Below are positions 56,301 through 64,000 of a stretch of DNA of 64,000 bases, in pieces. Within the stretch, counting starts at the first letter, position 1. Each line of letters starts with the position of its first letter. The notes under the pieces were generated by a model. That model worked only from the letters and a program-made list of their open reading frames with translations. It had not been told where the DNA came from and ran no database searches. The DNA is from Eledone cirrhosa (Eukaryota). Made by a program: the position numbers and the translations under genes. The stretch spans positions 23,870,001 to 23,934,000 of the forward strand of contig OZ024744.1 of assembly GCA_964016885.1 (NCBI GenBank), read 5' to 3'.

Positions 56301-59300
56301 TAACAACAGATGAATCTTCAAATAAAACTCGTTTTAACAACAGTTGAATCTTAAGAACTGACTCGTTTTAACAGCAGTTGAATCTTAAGAACTGATTCGT
56401 TTTAACAACAGTTCAAACTTAAGAACTGACTCGTATTAACAACAGTTGAATCTTATTATAAAACTCATTTTAACAACAGTTGAATCTTAAGAACTGATTC
56501 GTTTTAACAACAGATGAATCTTAAGATAAACCTCGTTTTAACAACAGTTGCATCTTAGGAACTGGCTCGTTTAAACAACAGTTGAATCTTAAGATAAAAC
56601 ACGTTTTAACAACAGTTGAATCTTAAGAACTGACTCGTTTTAACAACAGTTGAATCTTAAGATAAACTCGTTTTAACAACAGTTGAATCTTAAGAACTGA
56701 CTCGTTTTAACAACAGCTGAATCTTAAGATAAAACTCGTATTAACAACAGTTGAATCTTAAGAACTGACTCGTTTTATCAACAGTTCAACCTTAAGAACT
56801 GACTCGTTTTAACAACAGTTGAATCTTCAAATAAAACTCGTTTTAACAACAGTTGAATCTTAAGAACTGACTCGTTTTAACAACAGTTGAATGTTATGAT
56901 AAAACTCGTTTTAACAACAGTTGAATCTTAAGAACTGACTCTTTTTAACAACAGTTGAATCTTAAGATAATACTCGTTTTAACAACAGTTGAATTTTAAG
57001 ATAAAATTCGTTTTAACAATAGTTGAATGTTAAGAACTCTTTCGTTTTAACAACAGTGCAAACTTAAGAGCTGACTCGTTTTAACAACAGCTGAATCTTA
57101 TGATAAAACTCATTTTAACAACAGTTGAATCTTAAGATAAAACTCGTTTTACCAACAGTTGAATCTTAAGCACTGTCTCGTTTTAACAACAGTTGAATCT
57201 TAAGATAAAACTCGTTTTAACAACAGTTGAATCTTAAGAACTAACTCGTTTTAACAACAGTTGAATCTTTTGATAAAACCCATTTTAACAACAGTTGAAT
57301 CTTAAGATTAAACTCGTTTTAACAATAGTTGAATCTTAAGAACTGACTCGTTTTAACAACAGTTGAATCTTAAGAACTGACTCGTTTTATCAACATTTCA
57401 ACCTTAAGAACTGACTCGTTTTAACAACAGTTGAATCTTCAAATAAAACTCGTTTTAACAACAGTTGAAACTTAAGAACTGACTCGTTTTAACAACAGTT
57501 GAATCTTAAGAACTGATTCGTTTTAACAACAGTTCAAACTTAAGAACTGACTCGTATTAACAACAGTTGAATCTTATTATAAAACTCATTTTAACAACAG
57601 TTGAATCTTAAGAACTGATTCGTTTTAACAACAGATGAATCTTAAGATAAACCTCGTTTTAACAACAGTTGCATCTTAAGAACTGGCTCGTTTAAACAAC
57701 AGTTGAATCTTAAGATAAAACTCGTTTTAACAACAGTTGAATCTTAAGATAAAATTCGTTTTAACAATAGTTGAATGTTAAGAACTGTTTCGTTTTAACA
57801 ACAGTGCAAACTTAAGAGCTGACTCGTTTTAACAACAGTTGAATCTTATGATAAAACTCATTTTAATAACAGTTGAATCTTAAGATAAAACTCGTTTTAA
57901 CAACAGTTGAATCTTAAGCACTGTCTCGTTTTAACAACATTTGAATCTTAAGATAAACCTCGTTTTAACAACAGTTTAATCTTAAGAACTGACTCGTTTT
58001 AACAACAGTTGAATCTTAAGATAAAATTCGTTTTAACAACAGTTGCATCTTAAGAACTGACTCGTTTTAACAACAGTTGAATCTTAAGATAAAACTCGTT
58101 TTAACAACAGTTGAATCTTAAGAACTGTCTCGTTTTAACAACAGTTGAATCTTAAGAACTGACTCGTTTTAACAACAGTTGAATCTTATGATAAAACTCA
58201 TTTTAACAACAGTTGAATCTTAAGAACTAACTCGTTTTAACAACAGTTGAATCTTAAGAACTGACTCGTTTTAACAACAGTTGAATCTTCAAATAAAACT
58301 CGTTTTAACAACAGTTGAATATTAAGAACAGACTCGTTTTAACAGTAGTTGAATCTTAATATAAAACTCGTTTTAACAACAGTTGAATCTTTAGATAAAC
58401 CTCGTTTTAACAACAGTTTAATCTTAAGAACTGACTCGTTTTAACAACAGTTGAACCTTATATAACATTCGTTTTAACAACAGTTGAATCTTAAGAACTG
58501 ATTCGTTTTAACAACAGTTCAAACTTAAGAACTGACTCGTTTTAACAACAGCTGAATCTTAAGATGAAACTCGTTTTAACAACAGTTGAATCTTAAGAAC
58601 TCACTCGTTTTAACAACAGATGAATCTTAAGATAAACCTCGTTTTAACAACAGTTGAATCTTAAGAACTGATTCGTTTTAACAACAGCTGAATCTTAAGA
58701 TAAACTCATTTTAACAACAGCTGAATCTTAAGATAAAACTCGTTTTAACAACAGTTGAATCTTAAGAACTGATTCGTTTTAACAACAGATGAATCTTAAG
58801 ATAAACCTCGTTTTAACAACGGTTGCATCTTAAGAACTGGCTCGTTTAAACAACAGTTGAATCTTAAGGTAAAACTCGTTTTAACAACAGTTGAATCTTA
58901 AGAACTGACTCGTTTTAACAACAGTTAAACCTTAAGATAAAACTCGTTTTAACAACAGTTGAATCTTAAGAACTGACTCGTTTTATCAACAGTTCAACCT
59001 TAAGAACTGACTGGTTTTAACAACAGTTGAATCTGCAAATAAAACTCGTTTTAACAACAGTTGAATCTTAAGAACTGACTCATTTTAACAACAGTTGAAT
59101 CTTAAGTTAAAACTCGTTTTAACAACAGCTGAATCTTAAGATTAAACTCGTTTTAACAACAGTTGAATCTTAAGACAAAACCCGTTTTAACAACAGTTGA
59201 ATCTTAAGAACTGTCTCGTTTTAACGACAGTTGAATCTTAAGAACTGACTCATTTTAACAACAGTTGAATCTTCAAATAAAACTCGTTTTAACAACAGTT

Positions 59301-61754
59301 GGATCTTAAGAACTGATTCGTTTTAACAACAGCTGAATCTTAAGATAAACTCGTTTTAACAACAGTTGAATCTTAAGATAAAACTCGTTTTAACTACAGT
59401 TGAATCTTAAGAACTGACTCGTTTTAACAACAGCTGAATCTTAAGATAAAACTCGTTTTAACAACAGTTGAATCTTAAGAACTGATTCGTTTTAACAACA
59501 GATGAATCTTAAGATAAACCTCGTTTTATCAACAGTTGCATCTTAAGAACTGGCTCGTTGAAACAACAGTTGAATTTTAAGATAAAACTCGTTTTAACAA
59601 CAGTTGAATCTTAAGAACTGACTCGTTTTATCAACAGTTCAACCTTAAGAACTGACTCATTTTAACAACAGTTGAATCTTCAAATAAAACTCGTATTAAC
59701 AACAGTTGAATCTTAAGAGCTGACTCGTTTTATCAACAGTTCAACCTTAAGAACTGACTCGTTTTAACAATAGTTTAATCTTCAAATAAAACTCGTTTTA
59801 ACAACAGTTGAATCTAAAGAACTGACTCGTTTTAACAACAGTTGAATCTTAATATAAAACTCGTTTTAACAACAGTTGAATCTTAAGAACTGACTCATTT
59901 TAACAACAGTTGAATCTTAATATAAAACTCGTTTTAACAACAGCTGAATCTTAAGATTAAACTCGTTTTAACAACAGTTGAATCTTAAGACAAAACCCGT
60001 TTTAACAACAGTTGAATCTTAAGAACTGTCTCGTTTTAACGACAGTTGAATCTTAAGAACTGACTCGTTTTAACAGCAGTTGAATCTTAATATAAAACTC
60101 GTTTTAACAACAGTTGAATCTTAAGATAAAACTCGTTTTAACAACAGTTGAATCTTAAGAACTAACTCGTTTTAACAACAGTTGAATCTTAAGATAAAAC
60201 TCGTTTTAACAACAGTTGAATCTTAAGAACTGACTCGTTTTAACAACAGCTGAATCTTAAGATAAAACTCGTATTAACAACAGTTGAATCTTAAGAACTG
60301 ACACGTTTTATCAACAGTTCAACCTTAAGAACTGACTCGTTTTAACAACAGTTGAATCTTCAAATAAAACTCGTTTTAACAACAGTTGAATCTAAAGAAC
60401 TGACTCGTTTTAACAACAGTTGAATCTTAAGATAAAACTCGTTTTAACAACAGTTGAATCTTAAGAACTGTCTCATTTTAACAACAGTTGAATCTAAAGA
60501 TACAACTCGTTTTAACAACAGCTGAATCTTAAGATTAATCTCGTTTTAACAACAGTTGAATCTTAAGACAAAACCCGTTTTACAACAGTTGAATCTTAAG
60601 AACTGTCTCGATTTAACGACAGTTGAATCTTAAGAACTGACTCGTTTTAACAACAGCTGAATCTTAAGATTAAACTCGTTTTAACAACAGTTGAATCTTA
60701 AGACAAAACCCGTTTTAACAACAGTTGAATCTTAAGATAAACCTCGTTTTAACAACAGTTTAATCTTAAAAACTGACTCGTTTTAACAACAGTTGAATCT
60801 TAAGAACTGATTCGTTTTAACAACAGTTCAAACTTAAGAACTGACTCGTTTTAACAACAGTTGAATCTTATGATAAAACTCATTTTAACAACAGTTGAAT
60901 CTTAAGAACTCATTCGTTTTAACAACAGATGAATCTTAAGATAAACCTTGTTTTAACAACAGTTGAATCTTAAGAACTGTCTCGATTTAACGACAGTTGA
61001 ATCTTAAGAACTGACTCGTTTTAACAACAGTTGAATCTTACGATAAAACTCGTTTTAACATCAGTTGAATCTTAAGAACTGACTAATTTTAACAACAGCT
61101 GAATCTTAAGATAAAACTCGTTTTAACAACAGTTGAATCTTAAGAACTGACTCGTTTTAACAACAGTTGAATCTTATGATAAAACTCATTTTAACAACAG
61201 TTGAATGTTAAGATAAAACTCGTTTTAACAACAGTTGAATCTTAAGAACTGACTCTTTTTAACAACAGTTGAATGTTAAGATAAAACTCGTTTTAACAAC
61301 AGTTGAATCTTAAGAACTGACTCGTTTTAACAACAGTTGAATCTTAAGAACTGACTCGTTTTAACAACAGTTGAATCTTATGATAAAACCCATTTTAACA
61401 ACAGTTGAATCTTAAGATTAAACTCGTTTTAACAACAGTTGAATCTTAAGAACTGACTCGTTTTATCAACATTTCAACCTTAAGAACTGACTCGTTTTAA
61501 CAACAGATGAATCTTCAAATAAAACTCGTTTTAACAACAGTTGAATCTTAAGAACTGACTCGTTTTAACAGCAGTTGAATCTTAAGAACTGATTCGTTTT
61601 AACAACAGTTCAAACTTAAGAACTGACTCGTATTAACAACAGTTGAATCTTATTATAAAACTCATTTTAACAACAGTTGAATCTTAAGAACTGATTCGTT
61701 TTAACAACAGATGAATCTTAAGATAAACCTCGTTTTAACAACAGTTGCATCTTA
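52744..61754. repeat. Tandem higher-order duplication, period 5,197 bp (153 monomers): full copy 52744-57940, partial copy 57941-61754
   Basis: Rare markers AACTCACTCG (53401/58598) and ATCTGCAAAT (G at 53838/59035), plus a shared 1-bp deletion CCCGTTTTACAAC (about 55380 and 60577). Confidence 0.9.
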
Positions 61755-64000
61755 AGAACTGGCTCGTTTAAACAACAGTTGAATCTTAAGGTAAAACTCG
61801 TTTTAACAACAGTTGAATCTTAAGAACTGACTCGTTTTAACAACAGTTAAATCTTAAGATAAAACTCGTTTTAACAACAGTTGAATCTTAAGAACTGACT
61901 CGTTTTATCAACAGTTCAACCTTAAGAACTGACTGGTTTTAACAACAGTTGAATCTACAAATAAAACTCGTTTAACAACAGTTGCATCTAAAGAACTGAC
62001 TCGTTTTAACAACAGTTGAATCTTAAAATAAAACTCGTTTTAACAACAGTTGAATCTTAAGAACTGACTCATTTTAACAACAGTTGAATCTTAAGATAAA
62101 ACTCGTTTTAACAACAGCTGAATCTTACGATTAAACTCGTTTTAACAACAGTTGAATCTTAAGACAAAACCCGTTTTAACAACAGTTGAATCTTAAGAAC
62201 TGTCTCGTTTTAACGACAGTTGAATCTTAAGAACTGACTCATTTTAACAACAGTTGAATCTTCAAATAAAACTCGTTTTAACAACAGTTGGATCTTAAGA
62301 ACTGATTCGTTTTAACAACACCTGAATCTTAAGATAAACTCGTTTTAACAACAGTTGAATCTTAAGATAAAACTCGTTTTAACTACAGTTGAATCTTAAG
62401 AACTGACTCGTTTTAACAACAGCTGAATCTTAAGATAAAACTCGTTTTAACAACAGTTGAATCTTAAGAACTGATTCGTTTTAACAACAGATGAATCTTA
62501 AGATAAACCTCGTTTTATCAACAGTTGCATCTTAAGAACTGGCTCGTTGAAACAACAGTTGAATTTTAAGATAAAACTCGTTTTAACAACAGTTGAATCT
62601 TAAGAACTGACTCGTTTTATCAACAGTTCAACCTTAAGAACTGACTCATTTTAACAACAGTTGAATCTTCAAATAAAACTCGTATTACAACAGTTGAATC
62701 TTAAGAACTAACTCGTTTTATCAACAGTTCAACCTTAAGAACTGACTCGTTTTAACAACAGTTGAATCTTCAAATAAAACTCGTTTTAACAACAGTTGAA
62801 TCTAAAGAACTGACTCGTTTTAACAACAGTTGAATCTTAAGATAAAACTCGTTTTAACAACAGTTGAATCTTAAGAACTGACTCATTTTAACAACAGTTG
62901 AATCTTAATATAAAACTCGTTTTAACAACAGCTGAATCTTAAGATTAAACTCGTTTTAACAACAGTTGAATCTTAAGACAAAACCCGTTTTAACAACAGT
63001 TGAATCTTAAGAACTGTCTCGTTTTAACGACAGTTGAATCTTAAGAACTGACTCGTTTTAACAACAGCTGAATCTTAAGATTAAACTCGTTTTAACAACA
63101 GTTGAATCTTAAGACAAAACCCGTTTTAACAACAGTTGAATCTTAAGAACTGTCTCGTTTTAACGACAGTTGAATCTTAAGAACTGACTCGTTTTAACAG
63201 CAGTTGAATCTTAATATAAAACTCGGTTTAACAACAGTTGAATCTTAAGATAAAACTCGTTTTAACAACAGTTGAATCTTAAGAACTAACTCGTTTTAAC
63301 AACAGTTGAATCTTAAGATAAAACTCGTTTTAACAACAGTTGAATCTTAAGAACTGACTCGTTTTAAAAACAGCTGAATCTTAAGATAAAACTCGTATTA
63401 ACAACAGTTGAATCTTAAGAACTGACACGTTTTATCAACAGTTCAACCTTAAGAACTGACTCGTTTTAACAACAGTTGAATCTTCAAATAAAACTCGTTT
63501 TAACAACAGTTGAATCTAAAGAACTGACTCGTTTTAACAACAGTTGAATCTTAAGATAAAACTCGTTTTAACAACAGTTGAATCTTAAGAACTGACTCAT
63601 TTTAACAAGAGTTGAATCTTAAGATACAACTCGTTTTAACAACAGCTGAATCTTAAGATTAATCTCGTTTTAACAACAGTTGAATCTTAAGACAAAACCC
63701 GTTTTAACAACAGTTGAATCTTAAGAACTGTCTCGATTTAACGACAGTTGAATCTTAAGAACTGACTCGTTTTAACAACAGCTGAATCTTAAGATTAAAC
63801 TCGTTTTAACAACAGTTGAATCTTAAGACAAAACCCGTTTTAACAACAGTTGAATCTTAAGAACTGTCTCGTTTTAACAACAGTTGAATCTTAAGATAAA
63901 CCTCGTTTTAACAACAGTTTAATCTTAAAAACTGACTCGTTTTAACAACAGTTGAATCTTAAGATAAAATTCGTTTTAACAACAGTTGAATCTTAAGAAC

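Larger units (their letters stand above)
1..64000. repeat. Tandem satellite DNA array, 34-bp monomer (types A and B), about 1,880 copies, extending beyond both window edges
   Basis: AATCTTAAG recurs every 34 bp (e.g. 2311 and 2345). Consensus is AATCTTAAGA-ACTG/TAAA-ACTCGTTTTAACAACAGTTG, with occasional 33-bp units (e.g. TAAACTCG at the window start). No non-repeat sequence or inversion was seen. Confidence 0.99.

Noticed and set aside
1-64000. CRISPR array: the B unit read as GTTTTAACAACAGTTGAATCTTAAGATAAAAC resembles type II-A repeats (GTTTTA...TTGAAT...AAAAC)
   Set aside because: Repeats are directly adjacent with no unique spacers, leader or cas genes. The variable part is only 4 bp with two main states, so the resemblance is probably coincidental.
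1-64000. Giant repetitive protein-coding ORF
   Set aside because: 34 is not a multiple of 3, and TTAA twice per monomer places TAA stops on both strands, so every frame closes within about 100 bp. Under a TAA-reassigned code the plus strand still has TGA, and the minus strand is broken by TCA-containing variants and 1-bp deletions.
1-64000. Telomerase-synthesised telomeric repeat
   Set aside because: There is no G-rich strand, the unit is longer than typical telomerase repeats, and variants are inherited in multi-kb blocks, which indicates recombinational amplification rather than templated addition.
1-64000. Plasmid iterons, integron attC sites or 34-bp loxP/FRT-like recombination sites
   Set aside because: The monomer lacks the 13-8-13 inverted-arm layout, there are no cassettes, rep or recombinase genes, and the copy number is far beyond such systems.
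1-64000. Pure sequencing or concatemer artefact (rolling-circle read)
   Set aside because: Specific variants recur faithfully in nested blocks of several different periods, which random error on a single template would not produce. Individual duplications still need read-level confirmation.
1-64000. tRNA, rRNA or structured ncRNA genes; CENP-B box
   Set aside because: No such sequence was seen. The single TCG per monomer does not match the NTTCGNNNNANNCGGGN CENP-B box, and the hairpins are short and AT-rich.

Overview
The whole 64 kb window is one uninterrupted, head-to-tail array of an AT-rich (about 30% GC) 34-bp satellite, roughly 1,880 monomers, all in one orientation. The consensus is AATCTTAAGA[ACTG|TAAA]ACTCGTTTTAACAACAGTTG. 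Two monomer types (A = ACTG, B = TAAA) tend to alternate, giving a loose 68-bp dimer. I see no genes, RNA genes, transposon insertions, CRISPR spacers or unique sequence. The information lies in a nested hierarchy: 17-bp half-unit, 34-bp monomer, 68-bp dimer, local 0.2-1 kb duplications, and near-identical multi-kb higher-order repeats (periods about 2.4, 3.9, 5.2, 7.1/7.7 and 12.8-13.5 kb, plus a 22.3-kb-offset dispersed copy). This looks like eukaryotic heterochromatic, possibly (peri)centromeric, satellite DNA. I do not recognise the family or organism and cannot support a novel gene system here. Offsets were counted by eye from rare variant markers, so block edges are approximate.
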